NCBI GenBank assembly: GCA_036337765.1
Contig: JAYZDP010000161.1
Coordinates: forward strand, 3,021-67,020
Direction of reading: 5' to 3'
Origin: Acidobacteriota bacterium
GTDB lineage: Bacteria > Acidobacteriota > Thermoanaerobaculia > Multivoradales > Multivoraceae
DNA length: 64,000 bases
The first letter of the stretch is position 1. Every line of letters starts with the position of its first letter. Below are positions 46,914 to 55,212 of the stretch, in pieces. A program made the position numbers and the translations under genes. The notes beneath the pieces are model-generated. The model was not told the origin of the DNA and ran no database searches. It saw only the letters and a list, made by a program, of their open reading frames with translations.

Positions 46914-47627
46914 CTACGGCCCAGATTGGCGAAGGTTGCGCCGTACCGGGCTCACGAGCGCCGACCCTGGGCGCAGGCCAGCGAGTGTCCATCGACCTGA
47001 CAGAACGCGCGCGCTCCAGAAGGCGATCATCGGGCTGAGCAGCACAGTCGGAGCGAGCCACAGGACCCAGGCCGGCTCGATCTGAAAGTTGGTCACCGTG
47101 AAGGCCGTGACGGTGGCGATCGTCCCGCCGAGCATCATCGTCAGATGCTGGGCGATGCGGTCGCGTCCGCGCACCCCGCCGGCACGGAATCGCCGCAGGT
47201 TGTCGCCACTCAGGCCGACCCCGATCCCTCCGAAGACCGCGAGCGTGATGCCGTCGCCGTTGCCCCGCGCCATGGCGACGACTCCGACGCCGATCATCAC
47301 CAGGCCGGATAGGCACATCAGCCCGCCGGACCCCCAGTCGATCGACGTCGGTGTGCCGCCGCGATTCTTCGCCAGCCGCCAGCCGGAGAAGGCCAGGTAG
47401 AAGCTGAAGATCGCGATCAGGAAGAGGAAGAAGCTGCCGCCCAGAAAGGCCAGCGGGATGGCGGTAACGAAGACCGCGGACATGGCGACGACGAAGACCG
47501 TACCCGAGAGCACGTGCCAGTAGAACGGCCAGTGTAGAGACACCGAAAGCGCGGCGACCAACGCAGAGAAGAGGGCGAAGAAGCCCGCGGCGATATGCAG
47601 AATGAGAAGGGCGTCGGCTGGTGTCAT
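46914..47627 (-). CDS. Hypothetical polytopic membrane protein
   Basis: Start at MTPADALLILH, with an ATGA overlap to the padR stop. About 6 TM helices. Confidence 0.5.
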   Translation of the reverse strand: MTPADALLILHIAAGFFALFSALVAALSVSLHWPFYWHVLSGTVFVVAMSAVFVTAIPLAFLGGSFFLFLIAIFSFYLAFSGWRLAKNRGGTPTSIDWGSGGLMCLSGLVMIGVGVVAMARGNGDGITLAVFGGIGVGLSGDNLRRFRAGGVRGRDRIAQHLTMMLGGTIATVTAFTVTNFQIEPAWVLWLAPTVLLSPMIAFWSARVLSGRWTLAGLRPGSALVSPVRRNLRQSGP

Positions 47628-48205
47628 CGTGGCCTCCGGGTCGAGTGGGTCCGGGTCGCGGGCGTCGAGTCGAGTGTCTCGAGGGTCTCGTCGCACCAGG
47701 TGAGCAGCGCTTGGTTACCCAGCTGGCCGTAGCGCAAGGTAGTGAGCCAGAACGGCAGGTCCTCGTGGTCTGCATGCTTGGCGTTCAGGCGCTCGGTGAT
47801 CGCGTCGTAGGTGGCGAGCTCGCTGGCGAGCTGAATGCCGTACTCCTCTATCAGGCGGCGGCGTTCTGACGGCCCGAGCGAGCGGGCGAAGAAGAGCTTG
47901 AGCAGCAGTTCGTTGCGCGGCGGTCGGGTGCGTGCCTTCTCGCCGAGCCAACGCTCGAGCTCCTGACGGCCGGCGGCGGTGAGCCGGTAGAGCTTTCTTC
48001 CCCTTCGACCCGTCGGCGCCTCGGTGTGAGCCACCCAGCCACGTTGGTCGAGGCGCTTGAGCATCGGGTAGATCTGCCCATAGCTCTCGCTCCAGAAGTT
48101 GGAGATCGACTCACCTATGGCCTTCTTGATGTCATAGCCCGACATCGGGCCCCAGGTGAGAAAGCCCAGGAGTGCGTGTGCGGTACCGCCTTGAGGTGAC
48201 TTCAT
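47624..48205 (-). CDS. PadR-family transcriptional regulator (long form with C-terminal domain)
   Basis: ALLGFLTWGPMSGYDIKKAI...WSESYGQIYPMLKRLDQRGWV winged-helix signature. Confidence 0.85.
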   Translation of the reverse strand: MKSPQGGTAHALLGFLTWGPMSGYDIKKAIGESISNFWSESYGQIYPMLKRLDQRGWVAHTEAPTGRRGRKLYRLTAAGRQELERWLGEKARTRPPRNELLLKLFFARSLGPSERRRLIEEYGIQLASELATYDAITERLNAKHADHEDLPFWLTTLRYGQLGNQALLTWCDETLETLDSTPATRTHSTRRPR

Positions 48206-48217
48206 CGCTGGTAGTTA

Positions 48218-48230
48218 TATCTTGAAGATA
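48218..48230. promoter_or_regulatory. Perfect 6-1-6 palindrome TATCTT-G-AAGATA just upstream of padR (candidate operator)
   Basis: An AT-rich inverted repeat in a high-GC genome, 13-25 nt upstream of the padR ATG. It overlaps a TATAAC -10-like hexamer on the minus strand. Confidence 0.4.
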
Positions 48231-48275
48231 CATACGCCGTCCGCCAGCCTGTGTTTCACCCTCTAGCGGGAAATG

Positions 48276-48310
48276 AAAAAGCCCCGGCCTCCGCTGGGGA
48301 GGACCGGGGC
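48276..48310 (-). terminator. Intrinsic terminator (GC-rich hairpin plus U5 tract) on the minus strand
   Basis: The minus strand reads GCCCCGGTCCTCCCCAGCGGAGGCCGGGGC followed by TTTTT. Confidence 0.7.
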
Positions 48311-48562
48311 TTGGCTTGCTTCGGTGACCATGGGTTCCCTCTCTTCAAGGGATTCCCGCCATCAAAGCTGACTGCGGTTACCTCTAAGAGGTGGTCACCT
48401 CCACCAAACCGCGTTTATCAATATCCACTGGACCACCTCCTTTCTGGGCAGACCTCACGTTGGCGGCACCCAAACCGCCCAGCCTCCGGGGCCGCCCAAG
48501 AGCCCCCTCGGAGACTGCCGCCCAACACCGTCAGCCAGCGTTGCGCGGGGCTTCTTGACGAA
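48276..48562 (-). ncRNA. Candidate structured RNA or leader (~280 nt) between an SDR gene and padR; family not recognised
   Basis: Bounded by a sigma70-like promoter and the terminator. Contains several long-range complementary segments and a strong SD with a 14-codon mini-ORF. No convincing protein ORF. Confidence 0.4.
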
Positions 48563-48563
48563 A

Positions 48564-48592
48564 ATCATGGAGCAAGGCTCGGACGATGTCAA
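48564..48592 (-). promoter_or_regulatory. Sigma70-like promoter (TTGACA-17 nt-CATGAT)
   Basis: The minus strand has TTGACA (48592-48587), a 17-nt spacer and CATGAT (48569-48564). It lies directly after the SDR stop codon. Confidence 0.35.
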
Positions 48593-48603
48593 TCATCATG
48601 AAC

Positions 48604-49347
48604 TCAAGACATCGTCAGACCGCCGCTGACGGACAGTGTCTGGCCGGTGATGTAGCCGGCCTCCTCCGACGCCAGGAAGGCGACCGCGGGGGCCACGTCG
48701 GCGGGCTTGCCGAGCCGCCGCATCGGCACGCCTCGTACCATGGCGTGGATCACCTTGTCGCCCGACCCAGAGGCGTCGACGATGCCCTGAAGCAGCGGCG
48801 TGTCGGTCGGGCCGGGACAGACCGCGTTCGAGGTGATCCCATAGCGGGCCATCTCCCGGGCGACGGTCTTGGTGAAGGCGATCATGCCGCCCTTCGCACC
48901 CGAATAGATCGCCTCGAGCGACGATCCCACCCGCCCGGCATCGGATGCGATGCTGATGATGCGGCCCCACCTCGCTTCGACCATTCCCGGCAGGACGGCA
49001 CGCGTCACCCGCATCGGCCCCGCCAGATTGATGGCGAGGATGCGCTCCAGAAACGTGTCGTCGGTGTCGAGAAACGGTTTGAGCTCGTCCCAGCCGGCGC
49101 AGTTGACGCAGATGCCCACCGGTCCGAGCTCGGCCGCGGTCCGCGCCACCGCGGCCTCGATCGATGCCGGATCCACCAGGTCGAGCTCCACTGCCAGACC
49201 GTCGATCTCCGCGGCGACCTCGCCCGCGCTCGAGCCCGGCAGGTCCGCCACCGCCACTCGGCATCCGGCAGCCGCGAGCTGGCGGCAGATCTCACCGCCG
49301 ATTCCTCCGGCTCCGCCCGTCACGAAGGCTACGCGCGATTCGGCCAT
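48604..49347 (-). CDS. Short-chain dehydrogenase/reductase (FabG/BadH-like)
   Basis: TGGAGGIG, NCAG, and YSGAKGG (Tyr-x3-Lys). Confidence 0.85.
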   Translation of the reverse strand: MAESRVAFVTGGAGGIGGEICRQLAAAGCRVAVADLPGSSAGEVAAEIDGLAVELDLVDPASIEAAVARTAAELGPVGICVNCAGWDELKPFLDTDDTFLERILAINLAGPMRVTRAVLPGMVEARWGRIISIASDAGRVGSSLEAIYSGAKGGMIAFTKTVAREMARYGITSNAVCPGPTDTPLLQGIVDASGSGDKVIHAMVRGVPMRRLGKPADVAPAVAFLASEEAGYITGQTLSVSGGLTMS

Positions 49348-49356
49348 CGTCGTCTC

Positions 49357-50151
49357 CTATCTGTACTTGGAAAAGTCGGGAGGGCGTTTCTCGTTGAATG
49401 CCTGGACGCCCTCGTTGGCCTCGTCGGTCTCGAGGAAGAGGTCCAACGAGTCGAAGGCCATCGCACCGATCCCCGCAACCGACTCGCTATCGGCGTTGAA
49501 GGAGTGCTTGAGGACCTTCAGAGCGGTCGGGCTCTTGTCGAGCATCTCGTCCGCCCAGGTGCGGACTTCGGCGCGTAGCTCGGCGATCGGCACGACCGCG
49601 TTAACCAAGCCCCAGCGCTCCATGGTGGCGGCGTCGTAGAGGCGGCACAGGTACCAGACCTCGCGCGCGCGCTTCTCGCCGAGGATGCGCGCCAGGTAGG
49701 CGCTGCCGAACCCCGCGTCGAACGATCCGACGCGCGGTCCGGCCTGGCCGAAGCGGGCATGGTCGGCGGCGATTGTCAGATCGCAGATCACGTGCAGCAC
49801 GTGGCCGCCGCCGACCGCAACCCCGTTGACGGCCGCGATCACCGGCTTCGGGATGTCGCGGATCAGCCGGTGCAGAACTTCGACCTCGAACAGCCCGCTC
49901 TCCGTGGGTCCGTAATCGCCGGTCTCTTGGCGTTGCTTCTGATCGCCGCCGGCGCAGAATGCTTTGTCGCCGCGGCCGGTCAGGGCCACGACCCCGACTG
50001 AGCTATCTGCCCAGGCAGCCTTGAAGGCACGGATCAGCTCGTCGATGGTGCGGCCCCGAAACGAGTTGAAGCGCTCGGGACGGTCGATGGTGATCCAGGC
50101 AAGACCTTTGTCGACCTCGTAGGTGACATCTTCGAGTGCATCGAGGTTCAT
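49357..50151 (-). CDS. Crotonase-superfamily enzyme of the MenB/BadI subfamily
   Basis: Collinear with E. coli MenB by eye (TGRGDKAFCAGGDQKQR..., GGGHVLHVICDLTIAADHARFGQAGPRVGSFDAGFGS..., AFNEKRPPDFSKY). Confidence 0.85.
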   Translation of the reverse strand: MNLDALEDVTYEVDKGLAWITIDRPERFNSFRGRTIDELIRAFKAAWADSSVGVVALTGRGDKAFCAGGDQKQRQETGDYGPTESGLFEVEVLHRLIRDIPKPVIAAVNGVAVGGGHVLHVICDLTIAADHARFGQAGPRVGSFDAGFGSAYLARILGEKRAREVWYLCRLYDAATMERWGLVNAVVPIAELRAEVRTWADEMLDKSPTALKVLKHSFNADSESVAGIGAMAFDSLDLFLETDEANEGVQAFNEKRPPDFSKYR

Positions 50152-50158
50152 TCAGCTC

Positions 50159-50518
50159 CTAGTGTTCGTGGTCGTGGTCGTGGCCGTGAGGGCGGGCGGC
50201 GAGCTGGTGGCTGCGCTGGTCGAGCTCCTGGGCGGTGCAGAGGTCGCGGTCGCGCAGCATCTTCTCGAAGGCTCGTTGCCAGCATTCGTAGTAGCGGTAC
50301 TCCTCTTGGTGGTCGGCCCGACTCTCCCACTCGGCAATGGCCGCGATGAGCTCGGTCTGGAAGTCCTTCCACGCGAATACGCCCTGTTCTTGAAGAGCAA
50401 GCGTGAGCCCGAACAGCCGGCTCTGCCACGGCTCCTCGAAGACGAGCTCACCGTTCGAGCGGGGGGGCGCGGCCGGACCCTCGATCGGAAGGTCGGCTTC
50501 GGCGATGCGCTCGCTCAT
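50159..50518 (-). CDS. Nitrile hydratase accessory (activator) protein
   Basis: 119 aa. LVFEEPWQSRLFGLTLAL is a beta-subunit-like motif. His-rich tail HGHDHDHEH. ATGA overlap with the alpha-subunit stop. Confidence 0.75.
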   Translation of the reverse strand: MSERIAEADLPIEGPAAPPRSNGELVFEEPWQSRLFGLTLALQEQGVFAWKDFQTELIAAIAEWESRADHQEEYRYYECWQRAFEKMLRDRDLCTAQELDQRSHQLAARPHGHDHDHEH

Positions 50519-51111
50519 GCGGGCGCCGAGACTTTTGCGACGCCGATCATCGCGTCGCGGCCGACCATGGCGGCCAGCTCTTCCTCCGACGCTCCCTCGG
50601 TTCCGTTGGGGCGCTCGGGCAGCACCATGTAGCGGATCTCGGCCGACGAGTCCCAGACCTTGATCTCGACCTCGTCGTCGAGAACGAGCCCCATCTCGGT
50701 GAGCACGCGGCGTGGCTCGCGCACTATACGCGATCGGTAGGCCGGTTCCTTGTACCAGGTTGGAGGCAAGCCGAGGACCGCCCAGGGGTAGCAGGAGCAG
50801 AGGGTGCAAACCACCACGTTGTGCACGCCGGGCGCGTTCTCCTTGACCTCGAGCCGCTCCATCTGTGCGCCTTCGAAGCCCATCTCACCGACTGCACCGG
50901 TGCCGTCGGTGAGCAGGCGCCGGCGGTAGTCGGGGTCGGTCCACGCCCGAGCCACGATCTGGGCGCCACGCATGGGGCCGATGTCGCGCTCGTAACGCTC
51001 GACGATCCCGTCGACCACTCCCGGATCGAGGAGGCCCTTCTCGGCGAGGAGAGACTCGAGCGCCTCGGCGCGCTGGGCAGGAGAGTCGGAGTCGTGATCG
51101 TGGTCGCTCAT
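50515..51111 (-). CDS. nthA: Nitrile hydratase alpha subunit, cobalt type
   Basis: Metal site VCTLCSCYPW (Thr is Co-type). ATGA overlap with the beta-subunit stop. Confidence 0.9.
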   Translation of the reverse strand: MSDHDHDSDSPAQRAEALESLLAEKGLLDPGVVDGIVERYERDIGPMRGAQIVARAWTDPDYRRRLLTDGTGAVGEMGFEGAQMERLEVKENAPGVHNVVVCTLCSCYPWAVLGLPPTWYKEPAYRSRIVREPRRVLTEMGLVLDDEVEIKVWDSSAEIRYMVLPERPNGTEGASEEELAAMVGRDAMIGVAKVSAPA

Positions 51112-51767
51112 CGTGGCTCCAGATAGCTTTCGAAGAGGTCGAGGTGCACGGTGGTCTCGGGCTCGGCCTCGTCCCCCCACAGCTCCCGGCCGCCGAACCC
51201 GACACAGTAGACATGCTGGGGGCTCTCTCCCAGCCCGTGTGCGTTGGTGTCGGGAAAGACGTAGGACTCGTATACCTCGACGACTGTGCCCTCTTTGTCG
51301 CGCGCGTAGCGCGGTAGTCGGGTGTGTCCGGTCGGATGGATCGGGAACTCGAGCGTCACGACCGCATCTCCCACGGCGAAACGGGGGTCGCGTGCGACCT
51401 CACGTTTGGCTCCCCGCGGCCCGTCGGCGTCCGCGCGGGGCCGAAGCGGCGCAGGGCCTGGAATCGCCTCGCCCGCTTCGATGGCGGTGAGGCGCTCGTT
51501 GATCTCCTCGCGGGCCAGGAGCCCGGTTTCGACGAACAGCGACTCGGCTGCGTGGAGCCAGCGTCCGTAGTAGCCGACGCTGAGATAGACCTCAGGCGGC
51601 AGCCGCTCGATCGCGTGGCGGAAGCGGTCAATGCTCGAGTCAGGGATCGGCACGCCGGTGAGAGCGAAGACCTTGGCCTCCCAGTCGGCGTGGAAGACCG
51701 GCTCGTTCACTTCGACCTCGACCCTGCCGAAGCCGTGCATGCCACCTAGATCGTGGATTCCGTCCAT
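51108..51767 (-). CDS. nthB: Nitrile hydratase beta subunit
   Basis: MDGIHDLGGMHGFGRVEVEVNEPVFHADWE... is the canonical NHase beta N-terminus. Confidence 0.9.
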   Translation of the reverse strand: MDGIHDLGGMHGFGRVEVEVNEPVFHADWEAKVFALTGVPIPDSSIDRFRHAIERLPPEVYLSVGYYGRWLHAAESLFVETGLLAREEINERLTAIEAGEAIPGPAPLRPRADADGPRGAKREVARDPRFAVGDAVVTLEFPIHPTGHTRLPRYARDKEGTVVEVYESYVFPDTNAHGLGESPQHVYCVGFGGRELWGDEAEPETTVHLDLFESYLEPR

Positions 51768-51891
51768 GGGTCATCGGCGATGATACTGCAGGGTTTGGCC
51801 CCGAGCCGCTGCTAAGCTGGCGCGCCGCAGACGGCGCGTTGGAGTGCTGGCGCACTCTCCGAGCACGGCAACGACGCGGTGGAGATCCATT

Positions 51892-53355
51892 ATGCGAAGT
51901 TCGAAGCCTAGAAGAGCTGCAATCCTGGTTCCGGTGGCCGTCGCCTGCTGTCTCGGCACGGCCTTTGCCAACGACGGCAAACAGGCGACCGTGGCCCGGG
52001 TCGAGGCGGGGGCCGACACCTACTGGCAGACCGCGCTCGACATCTGGGGCTGGGCCGAGCCCGGCTACCAGGAGACGCGTTCCTCCGAGCGGCTTCAGAG
52101 TCTGCTGCGGGCCGGCGGCTTCGAGGTGGTGGCGGGGGTGGCTGGGATTCCGACCGCGTTCATGGCCACCTATGGCAGCGGCCAGCCGGTGATCGGCATC
52201 CTGGCAGAGTTCGACGCGCTACCCGGCCTGAGCCAGAAACCGGTACCGCACCAGGAGGCCCGCGACGAGACGACCTGGGGCCACGCCTGCGGCCATCACC
52301 TGTTCGGTACCGCCTCGACCGCAGCGGCACTGGCGATCGCGGAAGACATCCGTGATGGTCGGCTGCGGGGCACGGTACGGCTGTACGGCACTCCCGCCGA
52401 GGAGGGGGGCGGGGCCAAGGTCTTCATGGTGCGCGAGAACCTGTTTTCCGACGTCGACGCGGTGCTGCACTGGCACCCGGGCGACGCCAACAGCGCCGGC
52501 GATCCGACGTCGCAGGCTCGCGTTGCGGCGAAGTTCCGCTTCCACGGCCGCAACGCCCATGCGGCTTCCGCGCCCGAAGCGGGCCGTTCGGCGCTGGACG
52601 CCGTCAACGTGACCAACTACGCGGCGGAGATGATGCGAGAGCACACCCCCGACCTGAGCCGCATCCACTACGTCATCACCGCAGGCGGCGATGCGCCGAA
52701 CGTGGTGCCTGGCTTTGCCGAGGTTTACTACTACGTGCGCCATCCGGATGCGGCCGTGGCGCGCTCGCTCTACGAGCGACTGCTCAAGTGCGCGCAGGCC
52801 GGAGCACTGGCGACCGAGACCGAGCTCGAGGTCGACTATCTCGGGGGTGTCTACAACGTGCTGCCGAACGATGCACTGTCGCAGGTGACTTTGCGTAACC
52901 TTCGCGAGCTCAGCGAGTTGACCTACACGCCCGAGGAGAGCGCCTACGCTGAGACCTTGCAGGCGACCCTGACCACGCCTCAGCCGCTCGCCAACGTGGG
53001 CAAGGTTTTCGACCGCACCGGCGCCGTCAGCAAGGGCTCGACCGACGTGGGCGACGTGTCGTGGGTGGTGCCGACCACGGGTCTGCGCGCTGCCACCTGG
53101 GTGCCTGGCACCCCGGCCCACTCCTGGCAGGCTTCCGGTACGGGTGCAACGACCATCGCGCGCAAGGGCATGATGCTGGCAGCCAAGACCCTGGCGGCCA
53201 CCGCGTGGGATCTGTTCACCAGTCCGGAAGTGCTGGCGCGGGCGCGCCGTGAGCTCGAGGAGCGCACCGGCCGCAACCCCTACGCGGCAATGCTCGAGGA
53301 CGGCCAGCCGCCGCCTTTGACGTACCGCAACCCTCCTTCAGCCGGTTCCCACTAG
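51892..53355 (+). CDS. M20-family amidohydrolase (AbgB/M20D-like) with signal peptide
   Basis: MRSSKPRRAAILVPVAVACCLGTAFA. ...GILAEFDALPGL...HACGHHL... Confidence 0.8.
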   Translation: MRSSKPRRAAILVPVAVACCLGTAFANDGKQATVARVEAGADTYWQTALDIWGWAEPGYQETRSSERLQSLLRAGGFEVVAGVAGIPTAFMATYGSGQPVIGILAEFDALPGLSQKPVPHQEARDETTWGHACGHHLFGTASTAAALAIAEDIRDGRLRGTVRLYGTPAEEGGGAKVFMVRENLFSDVDAVLHWHPGDANSAGDPTSQARVAAKFRFHGRNAHAASAPEAGRSALDAVNVTNYAAEMMREHTPDLSRIHYVITAGGDAPNVVPGFAEVYYYVRHPDAAVARSLYERLLKCAQAGALATETELEVDYLGGVYNVLPNDALSQVTLRNLRELSELTYTPEESAYAETLQATLTTPQPLANVGKVFDRTGAVSKGSTDVGDVSWVVPTTGLRAATWVPGTPAHSWQASGTGATTIARKGMMLAAKTLAATAWDLFTSPEVLARARRELEERTGRNPYAAMLEDGQPPPLTYRNPPSAGSH

Positions 53356-54677
53356 GGAGGTGACTCGGCGGCAGCTGGATGGCGAAGGTTTCGCAATCCA
53401 CGCACTGCGAGCCCGGTCAGGAGAGCTATCGGTGCGAGCCAGGGCAGAAGCGCCGCCATCTCCGGAACCAGCCCCGGCACCAGGTTGTACTCGCCGAGCG
53501 CTGTGGCCCGCTCGGCCATCCAGTGCCAGCTGGTATGGGCGACGATCGCCGACAGCAGGATGGTGCCCAACCGCTCCGGTACGACCTTGCGCAGCAGCCA
53601 GTCGAGGGCCGGCACCAGCAGGATGAGCACGAAGATCTGGCCCAGCTCGACGCCGATGTTGAACGACACTAGCGACGTCAGCAGGTGCGATCCGGCGAAC
53701 TGCAGGGTCTCGCGCAACACGAATGAGAAGCCGAAGCCGTGTACGAGGCCGAAGGCGAAGGTGATCCACCAGCGCCGCTGCACTCGCGCACCCACGATGT
53801 TCTCGAGTGCCATGTAGACGATCGAGACGGCGATCAGAAGCTCCACGAGCGGCGGGAACCACAGCGAATCGGGCACGAAGCCGTAGGCCGAGGCGATCAG
53901 CGTGATCGAGTGGGCGACTGTGAACGAGGTGACGACGACGACCAGTTCGCGCAGCTTGCGCAGCGGGATCACCAGGCAGGCGAGAAAGAGCAGGTGATCG
54001 AGACCGTCGAGGATGTGGAAGAAGCCCTCCTCGACGAAGCGCAGCGCAGCCTGGTGCCAACGCGGGTCGAGGCGCACCAGTCCCGGCTCACCGCGGTACT
54101 GAAAGGCGCGCTCGGCACGGCCGGGCGGGAGATAGCGCAGTACCGTGACGACGCGCATGCCGAGCCGGGCGTGACGCGGCCGGATCGAGAAACTGGCAGT
54201 CTCCGACTGGATGGGCGCTTCGAAGAGCATGTCGAGCATCGCCTGCTGCCAGACGATGCGGGTGCTTGCGGACAAGGGCGATGCGGCGATGTGCGCCACG
54301 GCGTTGTCGAAGGTCGTGAAGGAGCGGTCGGACGGCAGCGATACGCGTACCCCTCGCAACTCCAAGGGCGGCAGCTGGCGACCCTCTTCGTAGAGTTCGA
54401 CGTTCTCACCCACCCAGAGGTCGGCGGCATCGGTCAGCACACGCCCGGCGCGCGCCGCCTCGAGGTCGAGGTATCCCGGCCCCTCGACCGGGAAGCGCAT
54501 GTCCTGTAGAGCCTCCATCGGCACGCGAACAACGAACTGCAGCGTGCGGCCGTCCGGCTTGACGAACGTCTGCAGCGTGACGTCCGTGGGGATGTCGTGG
54601 GCACCCGCGGCGGCGGCGCCGAGCACCGCCAGGGCGGCAACCACGATCCTGGACAGGTTCACCCTCGGCATCAACAC
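53352..54677 (-). CDS. HupE/UreJ-family membrane protein with an N-terminal periplasmic domain
   Basis: The C-terminal half reads GFFHILDGLDHLLFLACLV...FTVAHSITL...FGLVHGFGFS...FNIGVELGQ. Confidence 0.7.
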   Translation of the reverse strand: MLMPRVNLSRIVVAALAVLGAAAAGAHDIPTDVTLQTFVKPDGRTLQFVVRVPMEALQDMRFPVEGPGYLDLEAARAGRVLTDAADLWVGENVELYEEGRQLPPLELRGVRVSLPSDRSFTTFDNAVAHIAASPLSASTRIVWQQAMLDMLFEAPIQSETASFSIRPRHARLGMRVVTVLRYLPPGRAERAFQYRGEPGLVRLDPRWHQAALRFVEEGFFHILDGLDHLLFLACLVIPLRKLRELVVVVTSFTVAHSITLIASAYGFVPDSLWFPPLVELLIAVSIVYMALENIVGARVQRRWWITFAFGLVHGFGFSFVLRETLQFAGSHLLTSLVSFNIGVELGQIFVLILLVPALDWLLRKVVPERLGTILLSAIVAHTSWHWMAERATALGEYNLVPGLVPEMAALLPWLAPIALLTGLAVRGLRNLRHPAAAESPP

Positions 54678-54741
54678 GGACCGACGATTCTATGGCGTGC
54701 CGGCGACGGCACTCGGGAGGGCGGCCCGCTAGGCTCGGCCG

Positions 54742-55116
54742 ATGCCGACGTCTGTCAGTCCGCTCGAACGACCGCGCTCGATCATCTCGGCCTGGCCCGA
54801 GACCGACGAACGCATCTCGCACGGGTCACCGACGTGGTGGGGAGGGCGCAAGACTTTCGCCACCTTCGCTCTCGACCATCACGGAGATGGCCGCGAGGCG
54901 GTGTGGTGCAAGGCCACCCACGATGTCCAGGAGGCCCTCGTCGAGGCAGCACCCCACATCTTCTTCGTGCCGCTCTACGTCGGACCGAGCGGGTGGATCG
55001 GCATCGAGCTAGACGGCGACGTCGACTGGGGGGTAGTGGAGGAACTGCTCGAAGAGGGCTACCGGATGGTGGCGCCGAAACGGGCCATTCGACAGCTCGA
55101 GCTCGACCGGCCGTGA
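54742..55116 (+). CDS. MmcQ/YjbR-family protein
   Basis: 124 aa. ...WPETDERISHGSPTWWGGRKTFATF...GWIGIELDG... is typical of the family. Confidence 0.65.
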   Translation: MPTSVSPLERPRSIISAWPETDERISHGSPTWWGGRKTFATFALDHHGDGREAVWCKATHDVQEALVEAAPHIFFVPLYVGPSGWIGIELDGDVDWGVVEELLEEGYRMVAPKRAIRQLELDRP

Positions 55117-55212
55117 AGTGGCAATGACCATGGTTTCCAGGCCTGCGCAGCTCCTGCCAGCTCGGCTATACTCGCGCTCTCGTAGACAATCGATTCGTTG
55201 GGGGATGAGCGG

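Noticed and set aside
48276-48562. Assigning the RNA candidate to a known family: RNase P, SRP/4.5S, tmRNA, 6S, or cobalamin, glycine, FMN, TPP, ZTP, fluoride or c-di-GMP riboswitches.
   Set aside because: I compared it by eye with the conserved cores I remember. Examples are GGAAAGUCCGG for RNase P, GGAAGCAGCC for SRP, the B12 box, and CACCGAAGGGGCAA for glycine. There were only short chance resemblances (CACCGAAGCAAG, GGCGGGAAUCCC). It is left unassigned.
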